This document shows positions 17,002 through 26,358 of a stretch of 64,000 nucleotides of DNA, piece by piece (position 1 is the first letter of the stretch; the number at the start of each line of letters is the position of its first letter). The notes beneath the pieces were generated by a model, which saw only the letters and a program-made list of their open reading frames with translations, did no database searches and had not been told where the DNA came from. Source of the DNA: Candidatus Nomurabacteria bacterium (GTDB lineage: Bacteria; Patescibacteriota; Minisyncoccia; Phycocordibacterales; UBA918); assembly GCA_020632135.1 (NCBI GenBank), contig JACKGC010000001.1, positions 517,124-581,123 of the forward strand, read 5' to 3'. The position numbers were made by a program, and so were the translations under genes.

Positions 17002-18879
17002 ATGACAACTTTTGATCCAGATAAGATCACGTTTTTTGCGAAGACCGACGCGCGCGGGAAAGAGGTGTCGTTTGGCATTAAGGCGAAAGATCGACAGCGA
17101 CACATGTACGTCGTGGGGAAGACTGGTATGGGAAAGTCGACGCTCCTTGAGAACATGGCGGCGCAGGACATCATCAACGGGGAGGGAATGGCCTTCATTG
17201 ATCCGCACGGCTCAGCGGCAGAGACACTCTTGAACTACGTGCCCGAGCATCGCATCAAAGACGTGGTGTACTTTGCGCCATTTGATCTTGACCACCCGAT
17301 CTCTTTTAACGTTATGGAAGATGTGGGGCCGGATAAGCGACACTTGGTGGTGTCCGGACTTATGTCGACCTTCAAGAAGATCTGGGTCGATGCGTGGAGT
17401 GCGCGTATGGAGTACATCCTCACCAACGCCCTGCTCGCACTCATCGAGTACCCTGACACAACCCTCTTATCGGTGAATCGCTTGTTCGTCGACAAGGAGT
17501 TTCGTGAACGAGTGGTGGATTACATCAAAGACCCGGCAGTGAAAGCCTTTTGGGTTGATGAGTTTGCGAACTACACCGACCGCTTTACAGCCGAGGCGTT
17601 GCCGGCGATCCAAAATAAGATCGGGCAATTTACCGGCAATCCACTCATCCGTAATATCATTGGTCAGCCGCACTCGAGTTTTAATATTCGTGAGCTGATG
17701 GATAACCAGAAGATCCTCATCATGAACCTTTCAAAGGGGCTCATCGGGGAGACTAATGCCAACCTGCTTGGCTCAATGCTCACTACACGTATTTATTTAG
17801 CTGCGATGAGTCGCGCTGATCTACCGGTCGAGAAGATGAAACTCATGCCGAATTTCTATTTTTACGTTGATGAATTCCAGAGCTTCGCCAATGCTACCTT
17901 TGCAAACATCCTCTCTGAGGCACGTAAGTATCACCTCAATCTCATCATTGCGCACCAGTACATCGAGCAGATGGAAGAAGACGTGCGCAATGCGGTGTTT
18001 GGCAACGTGGGAACGACGATTGCGTTTCGAGTCGGGCCGTTTGATGCGGAGGTGCTCGAGACTGTTTTCGCGCCGCGCTTTGAAGCGACTGACCTAGTAA
18101 ATCTTGGTTTTGCACAAATTTACCTCACGCTCATGATCGACGGTATTGGTTCGCAGCCTTTTTCTGCCAAGACCCTTCCCCCAGTACAACTTCCGGCAGT
18201 ATCGTGTCGTGATATGGTGCTCGCTGCGAGCCGGCAACTGTACGCGAAGGAGCGGCTGGGGGTAGAGAAGTTGGTGGCCGATCTGCATATGCCTGAGCGC
18301 AAAGAGGCACCGAAGCGATCCTTTGATAAACGATCGAACAACAATAGTTTCAAGCCGAAGCATGGTCAGCCAGGGTCTGGTAAGGATGGTAATGGCCGAT
18401 CGGAGCAAGGTTCATTTAAACGTGCTGAACGGGAGGAGCGAAATGGCCGAAATGGAGAACGAGACTCCCGACCTAAACCGCCGCCGCAAAAGACACCAGA
18501 AGATCTCCGTGCAGTGTTGGCGAAGTTGGCTCAAAAAGACACATCCGTACCAGAACAACCCCCGCTGCCCAGTAGTACCTCAAATTCAGAGCCAGTCACA
18601 CCAAACGATCAGCCGAAGAATGCAGCACCTGCAAGACAAGAGAATAACCAACTCAAAAATGCCTTAGCAGAAGCGCTCCAGAAGGTAACTGCAGCACCCG
18701 CAAAACCGGCCGAAGCACCGACACAGAAACCTGCTCCAGCGGCGCCTTCCGCAAATCCAGTAGGGGAGCCGCGCCGCCAGACACAGTCATTCACTGCGCC
18801 ACCTTCTACTGGCCCCGATGTGGCCGAGGTAAAGAAGATCTTGCGTCAGAACGAAAGTGATCGCACCCCGTTCAATTGA
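17002..18879 (+). CDS. VirD4/TraD-family (TrwB-type) P-loop ATPase without TM anchor, disordered K/P/E/Q-rich C-terminal tail
   Basis: Walker A VVGKTGMGKSTLL, IDPHG, and Walker B FYFYVDEFQSF. Architecture typical of T4SS coupling-protein-like ATPases. The last 200 or so residues are low complexity. Confidence 0.6.
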   Translation: MTTFDPDKITFFAKTDARGKEVSFGIKAKDRQRHMYVVGKTGMGKSTLLENMAAQDIINGEGMAFIDPHGSAAETLLNYVPEHRIKDVVYFAPFDLDHPISFNVMEDVGPDKRHLVVSGLMSTFKKIWVDAWSARMEYILTNALLALIEYPDTTLLSVNRLFVDKEFRERVVDYIKDPAVKAFWVDEFANYTDRFTAEALPAIQNKIGQFTGNPLIRNIIGQPHSSFNIRELMDNQKILIMNLSKGLIGETNANLLGSMLTTRIYLAAMSRADLPVEKMKLMPNFYFYVDEFQSFANATFANILSEARKYHLNLIIAHQYIEQMEEDVRNAVFGNVGTTIAFRVGPFDAEVLETVFAPRFEATDLVNLGFAQIYLTLMIDGIGSQPFSAKTLPPVQLPAVSCRDMVLAASRQLYAKERLGVEKLVADLHMPERKEAPKRSFDKRSNNNSFKPKHGQPGSGKDGNGRSEQGSFKRAEREERNGRNGERDSRPKPPPQKTPEDLRAVLAKLAQKDTSVPEQPPLPSSTSNSEPVTPNDQPKNAAPARQENNQLKNALAEALQKVTAAPAKPAEAPTQKPAPAAPSANPVGEPRRQTQSFTAPPSTGPDVAEVKKILRQNESDRTPFN

Positions 18880-18884
18880 TTAGT

Positions 18885-20288
18885 ATGCGTTGGGTGTTTC
18901 TTGGTCTGTTTTTGGTATTGCCAACGGTGACGCATGCCGCAATATCAATTAGTGAGGTGGCGTGGATGGGGTCAATTGATTCTGCGAATCATGAGTGGAT
19001 CGAGCTGCATAATGATGCGGGAGCAGTTGATGTGACTGGCTGGTACCTGCGGGACGGCACGAATCTAGATGTTGAGCTCATGGGGGTGATCCCAGGCAAT
19101 GCGTATGTGGTACTGGAGCGCACCTCGGATGCGTCTGCGGTAGGTACGGCGTTTTTGATATATACCGGCGCGCTGGTGAATACTGGTGCAACGTTGCAGC
19201 TTGTGCGTGCGGACGGCACCCTAGAGGATCAGCTCAGTGGCGGAGAAGACTGGGGGAACATCGGCGGCGATAATGTTACTAAAGAGACTGCACAGTACAC
19301 GAGTGCGGGGTGGGTGACGGCCGCGGCGACCCCCGGCCGTGGTGTCACACCAGATGAGGTGGCGGTCGCCGCGGCCGACGAAACGACCCCGACCACCGCA
19401 AAAAACGGTGGCCCCTTGCTCCAGCCGGTGAGGCGGCCGGTGATCGAGCTTAGCCTGCCAGATGTGTCGCTGACACTCACAGTCAACGGTCCTGAAGTTG
19501 GGTATGTAAACCAGTCAATCACTCTGACGGCGGTTCCGGCTGATATTGGTGAACATCTGATTGATTCATTGCAGTATGAGTGGAATTTTGGTGATGGAAG
19601 TGCACTGGCGGCTGGAGAAACAGTGACGCACGCGTATGCGTACCCTGGCACATATGCTGTGGTGGTCTCTGGCGGCTACAAACGTCAGGAACAGGTGGCT
19701 CGTCATGAGATCACCATTTTACCCGTCTCAGTCTCGGTCACCATGAATCAAGCTGGTGATGTGCAGGTCAATAATGATTCTCCGTACGAGATCGATCTAT
19801 CAGGCTATCGAGTGAAAGCGGATAGTGACTTTACCTTTCCGCCACGTACGGTTTTACTGCCAGGTCAGACCATTACCATCCCGCAGCGGCAGATCGGCCA
19901 GACCACACAGCGAATGGTGGGTGTGTACGACGCAGCAGCGGAGTTGGTGGCAGCGCGACTGCCGGACGCGTATCAGACCACTAAATCGAATAGTGTAGCA
20001 GGGGAGGGTACTGCTTTTGGATACCAGCTGCCACAACCGACCGAAGTCATGTCTGTCGCGCCACTGGTCGGTGAGTTTACCTTTGCCGAAGTGAGTGAGC
20101 CTGAGCCAGTGTTGGCGAGTGGTCTATTGTCGGTACCAGTGGCTGAAGCGGCGCAGAAGCAGGTAGCGAGTGTGGGCGCGGCGCCGCTATCGCGCTCGGA
20201 GCGGTGGCCGTACGTGGCGCTAGCGGCGGTACTCCTGATTGCCACTCTGAGTGTCTTGGTGGCGCCGCGCCGTAACCCTGACGCGTAA
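18885..20288 (+). CDS. Surface protein with lamin-tail (LTD) domains and a PKD domain, C-terminal TM anchor
   Basis: Signal peptide. ISEVAWMGS....EWIELHN....VDVTGWYLRD is LTD-like. YEWNFGDGS...HAYAYPGTYAVVV is the PKD signature. C-terminal WPYVALAAVLLIATLSVLVAPRR. Confidence 0.7.
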   Translation: MRWVFLGLFLVLPTVTHAAISISEVAWMGSIDSANHEWIELHNDAGAVDVTGWYLRDGTNLDVELMGVIPGNAYVVLERTSDASAVGTAFLIYTGALVNTGATLQLVRADGTLEDQLSGGEDWGNIGGDNVTKETAQYTSAGWVTAAATPGRGVTPDEVAVAAADETTPTTAKNGGPLLQPVRRPVIELSLPDVSLTLTVNGPEVGYVNQSITLTAVPADIGEHLIDSLQYEWNFGDGSALAAGETVTHAYAYPGTYAVVVSGGYKRQEQVARHEITILPVSVSVTMNQAGDVQVNNDSPYEIDLSGYRVKADSDFTFPPRTVLLPGQTITIPQRQIGQTTQRMVGVYDAAAELVAARLPDAYQTTKSNSVAGEGTAFGYQLPQPTEVMSVAPLVGEFTFAEVSEPEPVLASGLLSVPVAEAAQKQVASVGAAPLSRSERWPYVALAAVLLIATLSVLVAPRRNPDA

Positions 20289-20292
20289 ATTT

Positions 20293-20301
20293 TGGTACTA
20301 T
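20293..20301 (+). promoter_or_regulatory. Extended -10 box TGgTACTAT, 8 nt before ATG 20310
   Basis: tttTGgTACTATaagaaactATG. Confidence 0.45.
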
Positions 20302-20309
20302 AAGAAACT

Positions 20310-21782
20310 ATGACAAATTCCACACAACAACTAGCGGTCGTGACTGGCGGAGCCGGTTTTGTGGGTTCACACCTCTGTGAGCGTCTCGTCAAGGAAGGGT
20401 ATGCAGTCATCTCACTCGATAATTACTTCACGGGCACGCCCGAGAATCACGTTGAGGGAGTAGCGTACCGCACCGGTCACACGAAAGACATCGCAGCGCT
20501 CATTGCTGAAACGCCAGATATCGTCTTTCATCTGGGTGAGTACGCGCGCACGGAAAAGAGTTTTGAAGATGTTGAATTGGTTTGGGACCTCAACAAGACC
20601 GGCACCTTTGCCGTGGCAGAGTTTTGCCGCCGCCGTGGGTCGAAGCTTGTATACGCCGGCTCCTCCACTAAGTTTGCTGATGGTGGTGATGGTCGCGACC
20701 AAAGTCCGTACGCCTGGACCAAAGCGACAAACACTGAACTGGTAAACAATTACGCAGCGTGGTTTGGCCTTGAGTATGCGATCGTGTATTTCTATAACGT
20801 CTATGGCCCGCGGGAGATGTCTGGCTCGTTTGGTACGCTCATTCGTATCTTCACCGAGCTCTATCGTAATGGACAGCCGCTCACAGTCACAGCGCCCGGC
20901 ACTCAAAAACGCAACTACACACACGTGTACGATATTGTCGACGGTATTATCTTGGCGGCCAAGGAAGGGCAGGGTGATGGCTACGGCATCGGCGCCGACC
21001 AACAGTTTTCGGTCCTTGATGTTGCAGAACTATTTGGCGGGGAGGTGGTGATGATGCCAGAACGAAAGGGAAACCGCATGACCGCTGGTGCTGACAACGC
21101 TAAAGTAAAAGCACTTGGCTGGAAACAGAAACACACCCTGCCGGAGTGGATCGCTCAGGTGAAAGCAGAGATCGGTACGGTACAAAGCGCCGAGCAGCGG
21201 GTGCTGGTGTACTCGACCACCTTCTTCCCCTATGCCGGAGCGGCAGAGCTGGCGCTCCGTGATCTGATCAAAGCACTGCCGAACGTCCAGTTTGACGTGA
21301 TCACGACTAAGTTTACTAAAGATGCAATGGAGGAAGACGATACGATCCCGAATGTCACTCTGCACCGCGTAGGGTATGGACATACGTTTGATAAATACTT
21401 GCTGCCGTTTTTGGGTGCTAGGATCAGTCGTCAGCTGCGTCGGCAGCGATCATACATGTTTCAGTGGACGTTGTTTGCAAGCTATGGTGCATTAGCCGCT
21501 CTCTTCTCAGGCCGCGCACAGAAGCTGCCGCTTTTGGTGACGCTGGCTGACCAAAAAGTGGCCAATATCCCTTGGTATGCTCGCGTGGTGTTTCGGCATG
21601 TGCTTGGTCAGGCAGATCAGGTCTATGCTATGGATACGTATGAAGCGCAGGCGGCTATCTCGCTCACGAAGCGCACTGCGCTTATTCGTTCGATTGGTGC
21701 TGGGGACGCATTTGCCAACCAGGTGCGCTTCACGTACACCGAATTCTTTAGGAAACGACTCGCTCACACAGATACAGTATGA
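20310..21782 (+). CDS. NAD-dependent sugar epimerase/dehydratase (UXS/RmlB-like short-chain dehydrogenase/reductase, SDR) fused to a GT-B N-terminal half-domain
   Basis: VVTGGAGFVGSHL and YAWTK (YxxxK) in the first 300 or so residues. The last 190 or so residues (RVLVYSTTFFPYAGAAELA..NVQFDVITTKF..NVTLHRVGYG) are paralogous to the N-terminal half of the GT4 at 23580. Confidence 0.75.
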   Translation: MTNSTQQLAVVTGGAGFVGSHLCERLVKEGYAVISLDNYFTGTPENHVEGVAYRTGHTKDIAALIAETPDIVFHLGEYARTEKSFEDVELVWDLNKTGTFAVAEFCRRRGSKLVYAGSSTKFADGGDGRDQSPYAWTKATNTELVNNYAAWFGLEYAIVYFYNVYGPREMSGSFGTLIRIFTELYRNGQPLTVTAPGTQKRNYTHVYDIVDGIILAAKEGQGDGYGIGADQQFSVLDVAELFGGEVVMMPERKGNRMTAGADNAKVKALGWKQKHTLPEWIAQVKAEIGTVQSAEQRVLVYSTTFFPYAGAAELALRDLIKALPNVQFDVITTKFTKDAMEEDDTIPNVTLHRVGYGHTFDKYLLPFLGARISRQLRRQRSYMFQWTLFASYGALAALFSGRAQKLPLLVTLADQKVANIPWYARVVFRHVLGQADQVYAMDTYEAQAAISLTKRTALIRSIGAGDAFANQVRFTYTEFFRKRLAHTDTV

Positions 21783-22753
21783 CCACTTACTCACCAACTA
21801 CGGAGCAACGTGGAACCTTTACGATCAGTATCGACTTTGAGTATGCACTAGGGTATGCCGATGCGGTGTTATCTGAGGAACGAGAGCGTTTGATCAAAGA
21901 AGAGGCGGCGGTCTCTCGGCGCATACTCAAGTTGTTCGAGACCTATGACGTATCAGCTACCTGGGCAATTGTAGGTCATTTACTTGAAACCGATTGTCAG
22001 GTCTCCGGCGGGCGGGTGCACAGTGATTTTCCAGAGCAGATATTCTCAGACCGCAACCTCGATTGGTTTGCCGCGCACCCGCCCGCCGGGGACACCACCG
22101 ACCCGCTTTGGTTTGATGGTCCACGAGTCATTCAGGCAGTGCGCGAGTCGGTGGTGCCACAGGAGATCGGAAGTCACTCCTACGCTCACATTCTGTATGG
22201 TGACCCAGCACTGAAGGAGGCGGCAGTTAAGGCAGACATCGCTGGCATCAAACGCATTCATCAGCAGTACGATATACCACTCGCGTCCTTCATTTTTCCG
22301 CGCAACATGGAGGGGCACCACGAAAAACTATGCGACATTGGCGTAGAGTGTTTTCGAGGAGAAAGTAAATTCTGGTACATGAGGTTTCCCGGCCCTTTGG
22401 CACGGCTGGCACGGCTGCTCGATTATGTACTACCCACTGCTCGAACGGTGCTACCACAGCGTCATGAATCGGGGCTGGTGAATATTCCCGACAGCTTGCT
22501 CCTGCTCGGGCGGAATGGGTTGCGACGATTGGTCACTCCAGGAATAATGAAGCGCAAGATCAAGCGTGGTATCGACCAAGCGTGTGATCGGGGAGAGATC
22601 TTCCACTTGTGGTTTCATCCGTCAAATTTTTCGTATGACACAGACACGCAGCTCGCGATCCTGGAGGATGTGTTGCGGTATGTGGCAGAGCGTCGACGGG
22701 AAGGAAAATTGCAGGTGGCGACCATGGAAATGATCAGTAAAAATATAGTATAG
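21779..22753 (+). CDS. Polysaccharide deacetylase (CE4/NodB-like)
   Basis: FTISIDFE near the N-terminus and an IGSHSYAH (HSxxH-like) motif. 4-nt overlap with the upstream gene. Confidence 0.55.
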   Translation: MTTYSPTTEQRGTFTISIDFEYALGYADAVLSEERERLIKEEAAVSRRILKLFETYDVSATWAIVGHLLETDCQVSGGRVHSDFPEQIFSDRNLDWFAAHPPAGDTTDPLWFDGPRVIQAVRESVVPQEIGSHSYAHILYGDPALKEAAVKADIAGIKRIHQQYDIPLASFIFPRNMEGHHEKLCDIGVECFRGESKFWYMRFPGPLARLARLLDYVLPTARTVLPQRHESGLVNIPDSLLLLGRNGLRRLVTPGIMKRKIKRGIDQACDRGEIFHLWFHPSNFSYDTDTQLAILEDVLRYVAERRREGKLQVATMEMISKNIV

Positions 22754-22761
22754 TAAGCATA

Positions 22762-23577
22762 ATGAACACGGAAACAATCAACGAAAAGACACTGGTCTAC
22801 CGGAAAAAGGCGGTGGCGTCTCACGATATGAATTCACCAGTCTTCTTTGACCGCTACACGGTGCTTGACGAAGATCCCTACGCGAGTGCGTTTGCCTACG
22901 GGCGCAAGAAACTGTTTGCCAAAATGGACAAAATGATCGACGATCGTCTCAAGGGGGAGGGGCAGGTGCTCGAGTTGGCTTGCGGAACTGGATACTACCT
23001 CAAGCACTTGCGTGAAAAAGGATACACCATGACCGGCCTGGAGCCCGCTGAAGGGATGCGTGCGCGTGCGAAGGAGAAGAATCCAGGAGTTGAGATCAAA
23101 GAAGGGGTCGTGAATGCGTTACCGTTCCCGGATAATTCGTTTGATGCGGTCGTGTCAGTGGAGCTGTTCCGCTACCTGGAGGCCGAAGATATCAAAAAGG
23201 GCTATGAAGAAGTCTTGCGGGTACTGAAGCCGGGAGGATTCATGGTGGTGACACTCGTCAATCGCTACGCACTTGATGCCTTTCAATTTTCATACCAAGC
23301 CAAGCTCCTCATGGAGAAGCTGTTTGGGAAGCAGATCATCAACTACTGTGACTCCGTGACACCAGCCGGTATGCGGCGATACTTCAAGCAGCATTTTAAT
23401 CAAGATGCTGAGACGGCCTCTGCTTTGTTTGCGCCGTTGCGAATCATCTATAAGATCTCACCTAAGCTTGGCTCGTGGTGCGCGCGTAAACTCGAGCACT
23501 TTGATGAGCGTCTCAATGAAAAAGTGTGGCACCAGAAGTTCGCGGGGCACCTCATTGTGCTGGTAGAGAAAAAATAA
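22762..23577 (+). CDS. Class I SAM-dependent methyltransferase
   Basis: VLELACGTGYY (motif I) and LKPGGFMVV. Confidence 0.75.
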   Translation: MNTETINEKTLVYRKKAVASHDMNSPVFFDRYTVLDEDPYASAFAYGRKKLFAKMDKMIDDRLKGEGQVLELACGTGYYLKHLREKGYTMTGLEPAEGMRARAKEKNPGVEIKEGVVNALPFPDNSFDAVVSVELFRYLEAEDIKKGYEEVLRVLKPGGFMVVTLVNRYALDAFQFSYQAKLLMEKLFGKQIINYCDSVTPAGMRRYFKQHFNQDAETASALFAPLRIIYKISPKLGSWCARKLEHFDERLNEKVWHQKFAGHLIVLVEKK

Positions 23578-23579
23578 CC

Positions 23580-24797
23580 ATGAAGCGCGTGCTGGTGTTT
23601 TCAATGGCGTATCTACCACTTAATGTTGGTGGTGCAGAGCCGGCCATCCACGAGATCACCAAACGGATCGACCCTAGCGAGATACAGTTCGATCTCATTA
23701 CCTGCCGCTACGACCGACGGTTTCCGCGCGTTGAGCAGATCGGTAACGTGACGGTCTACCGCATTGGGCTTGGCATCACGGCGCCAAAGCCGGAAGATCT
23801 CCGCAAGTTTCCACTGCACCTGAATAAATTCCTCTTCCAGTTTCTCGCGCCATGGAAGGCAATTTGGCTACACTTCAAACACCACTACAATGGGGTGTGG
23901 GCGCTTATGGCGCATTCAGCTGGTGTGCCGGGAGCACTTTTTAAGTTGCTGCACCCAAACGTAAAATTCATTCTCTCTCTCCAAGAAGGCGATCCGATCG
24001 AGCATGTTGAGCGCGCCATGCGCCCCGTGTGGCCGCTGTTTACACGCGCTTTCACCAGTGCCGATGTGATCCAAGCGATCTCAACCTACCTAGCAGATTG
24101 GGCACGGGCTCGAAATGCCCAGTGTCCAATTCACGTCATTCACAATGGGGCCGACCTAATGGACTTTGATGATGCACTCTTTTCATCTGAGCGCCTAGTG
24201 CCGATCTGTGCTCGCATCGGTAAACAGCCTGGTGATGTGTTCCTGGTAAATACTGCCCGCTTGGTTCCTCAGAAAGGCTGGGACACCACGATTGACGCTC
24301 TGGCGTTATTGCCACCAAAGGTGAAGTTGTTGGTTGTTGGCGGGGGAGTGGAGGAAGGTCCGCTGCGCGAGCGGGTCGCTGCACAAGGGCTCTCAAAGCG
24401 CGTGGTCTTCACGGGCGCAGTGAGTAGTGATGAGGTGGCGTTTTACCGCCGGGCCGCTGACATCTTCGTGATGCCGAGCCGCACTGAGGGCTTAGGGAAT
24501 GCGGGTCTCTCCGCCATGGCATCGCGGCTGCCGTTCATCGGCACCACGGTTGGAGGCATGAGTGAGTACGTCTTTGGTGACGACAGCAAGAGTTCATATG
24601 GAAAGACAGCCTGGGAAGTAGCGCCCGACCAGCCAGCTGAGATCGCTGCTGCGGTCGAGACGATCTTGGCTGACCCAGCAGAGGTACAGCGGGTCACACA
24701 GAATGCTCGCCGGTTGGTCGAAGAGAGGTTCCACTGGGATGCAGTTGCCGCAGCGATGCAAGCCAAGGTGTTTACGCCACTTTTTACGACTAAGTAA
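23580..24797 (+). CDS. GT4-family glycosyltransferase
   Basis: GGAEP N-terminal motif. C-terminal half with ARLVPQKG, FVMPSRTEGLGNAGLSAMA (EX7E region). Start taken at ATG 23580 (MKRVLVFS). Confidence 0.8.
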   Translation: MKRVLVFSMAYLPLNVGGAEPAIHEITKRIDPSEIQFDLITCRYDRRFPRVEQIGNVTVYRIGLGITAPKPEDLRKFPLHLNKFLFQFLAPWKAIWLHFKHHYNGVWALMAHSAGVPGALFKLLHPNVKFILSLQEGDPIEHVERAMRPVWPLFTRAFTSADVIQAISTYLADWARARNAQCPIHVIHNGADLMDFDDALFSSERLVPICARIGKQPGDVFLVNTARLVPQKGWDTTIDALALLPPKVKLLVVGGGVEEGPLRERVAAQGLSKRVVFTGAVSSDEVAFYRRAADIFVMPSRTEGLGNAGLSAMASRLPFIGTTVGGMSEYVFGDDSKSSYGKTAWEVAPDQPAEIAAAVETILADPAEVQRVTQNARRLVEERFHWDAVAAAMQAKVFTPLFTTK

Positions 24798-24835
24798 AGA
24801 AACACATCGTCGCGATATCTTGTTATATTCAGGTA

Positions 24836-25831
24836 ATGAAAAAACAGAGCGTGGTGGTCATTGGTGGCGGTACGGGTACACACACAGTACTGCGTGGGCT
24901 AAAGCTATACCAGAAGCAACTAACAGTATCTGCAGTGGTGACCATGGCCGATTCGGGTGGCTCTACCGGCCGCTTGCGTGATGAGTTTGGCTACCTACCG
25001 GTGGGTGATGTACGAATGGCACTCGCGGCTTTGGCAAGTGATATCGATGAACACGAGGAGCTCGTCCGTCAGCTGTTCTTGTATCGGTTTGATAAAGGAA
25101 ATGGTCTATCGGGGCATAATTTCGGTAACCTTCTCCTGGTTGCACTGACCGACATTCTCGGTTCTGAAGAAGCGGCGATCCGAGCAGCTGCCCGTCTGCT
25201 TAGTGTGCAGGGGACGGTCATCCCCGTGACCACGAATAAGGTTGACTTGGTAGCGACGTACGATGATGGTGTTGAGCTGGTTGGGGAGCATAGTATCGAT
25301 GAACCAACCGCAGATCGAGCTTTGCATCACATCACCAGCTTGTCTGTGACGCCGGCGGCTACCATTACCGAAGGAGCTGAGGCGGCCATTTTGAATGCTG
25401 ATCTCGTTGTCCTTGGGCCAGGAGATCTCTATACGAGCGTCCTGGCCAATTGTGTGGTGGCAGGAGTAGCTGATGCGATCCGTCATGCGCCGGGCAAGGT
25501 GGTGTATATTGCGAACCTCATGACAAAATTAGGGCAAACCTCCAGAATGGGTGTGGCCGAGCATGTCGCTGAGATCGAACGATATACGAGGCGTACACCA
25601 GATGCTGTTTTGGTGAATACGAGTCCGCTCCCAGCTGATCTTGTGGCGCGGTATGCGAAAGATAGTGAGTTCCCCGTTGCCTTCAATTGTGAATCGGCGG
25701 CATGTCGGGTGATACCAGCTGACCTCTTAGCTGAGGCCGTGGTGCAGAAGAGTAGTGGTGATGTGCTTAAACGGAGTTTGATCCGTCATGATTCTCGTAA
25801 GTTAGCGCGTAAGTTAGTTGATCTACTATGA
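24836..25831 (+). CDS. yvcK: YvcK/CofD-family (UPF0052) protein
   Basis: VVIGGGTGTHTVLRGLK, VVTMADSGGSTGRLRDEFG..PVGDVR, GPGDLYTS. Confidence 0.85.
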   Translation: MKKQSVVVIGGGTGTHTVLRGLKLYQKQLTVSAVVTMADSGGSTGRLRDEFGYLPVGDVRMALAALASDIDEHEELVRQLFLYRFDKGNGLSGHNFGNLLLVALTDILGSEEAAIRAAARLLSVQGTVIPVTTNKVDLVATYDDGVELVGEHSIDEPTADRALHHITSLSVTPAATITEGAEAAILNADLVVLGPGDLYTSVLANCVVAGVADAIRHAPGKVVYIANLMTKLGQTSRMGVAEHVAEIERYTRRTPDAVLVNTSPLPADLVARYAKDSEFPVAFNCESAACRVIPADLLAEAVVQKSSGDVLKRSLIRHDSRKLARKLVDLL

Positions 25832-26358
25832 AGTACGTACTTGATTTTGATGATACGTTGTATGACGCGAAACGGTTTAAGCAACAGGTAGCAGCTGATG
25901 GTACAGCGCACCTCTTATTTACTCCAGAGATCTGGCAACTGTATGATGTGCAAGACTACTTGCATACAGACACTGTAGACTGGCTCGCGAGCAAGCAGCA
26001 AGAGGATCTGTTTATTCTCACTGCCGCCATGACCAGTGATGGAAAGGTGGTTATGGCATACCAGCAGGAAAAGTTGCGGTGTAGTAAGTTGGGTGCAGTG
26101 GTGTTTGAGATCATATTTTCAGCGGGTGAGAAGGGGGTTGAGACGGCGGAAATCGCTTCGCGATTTCCGCCCTCTGAACCCATCATTTTCATCGACGACA
26201 AGATCGAGCAGTGCCTCTCGGTCAAAGCTACTGTACCTCAGGCACACTGTTTCCTCATGGTGCGTGACCCATCAGTGATTGGTGAGGCTGAAACAGTACG
26301 AAGTATTGATGTGGTGCATTCCTTGGCCGACGTAGATGCTAAAATAAGAGAATTATGA
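25828..26358 (+). CDS. HAD-superfamily hydrolase-like protein
   Basis: DFDDTLYD (DxDxT motif I) and FIDDK (motif IV-like). 4-nt overlaps on both sides. Confidence 0.5.
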   Translation: MKYVLDFDDTLYDAKRFKQQVAADGTAHLLFTPEIWQLYDVQDYLHTDTVDWLASKQQEDLFILTAAMTSDGKVVMAYQQEKLRCSKLGAVVFEIIFSAGEKGVETAEIASRFPPSEPIIFIDDKIEQCLSVKATVPQAHCFLMVRDPSVIGEAETVRSIDVVHSLADVDAKIREL

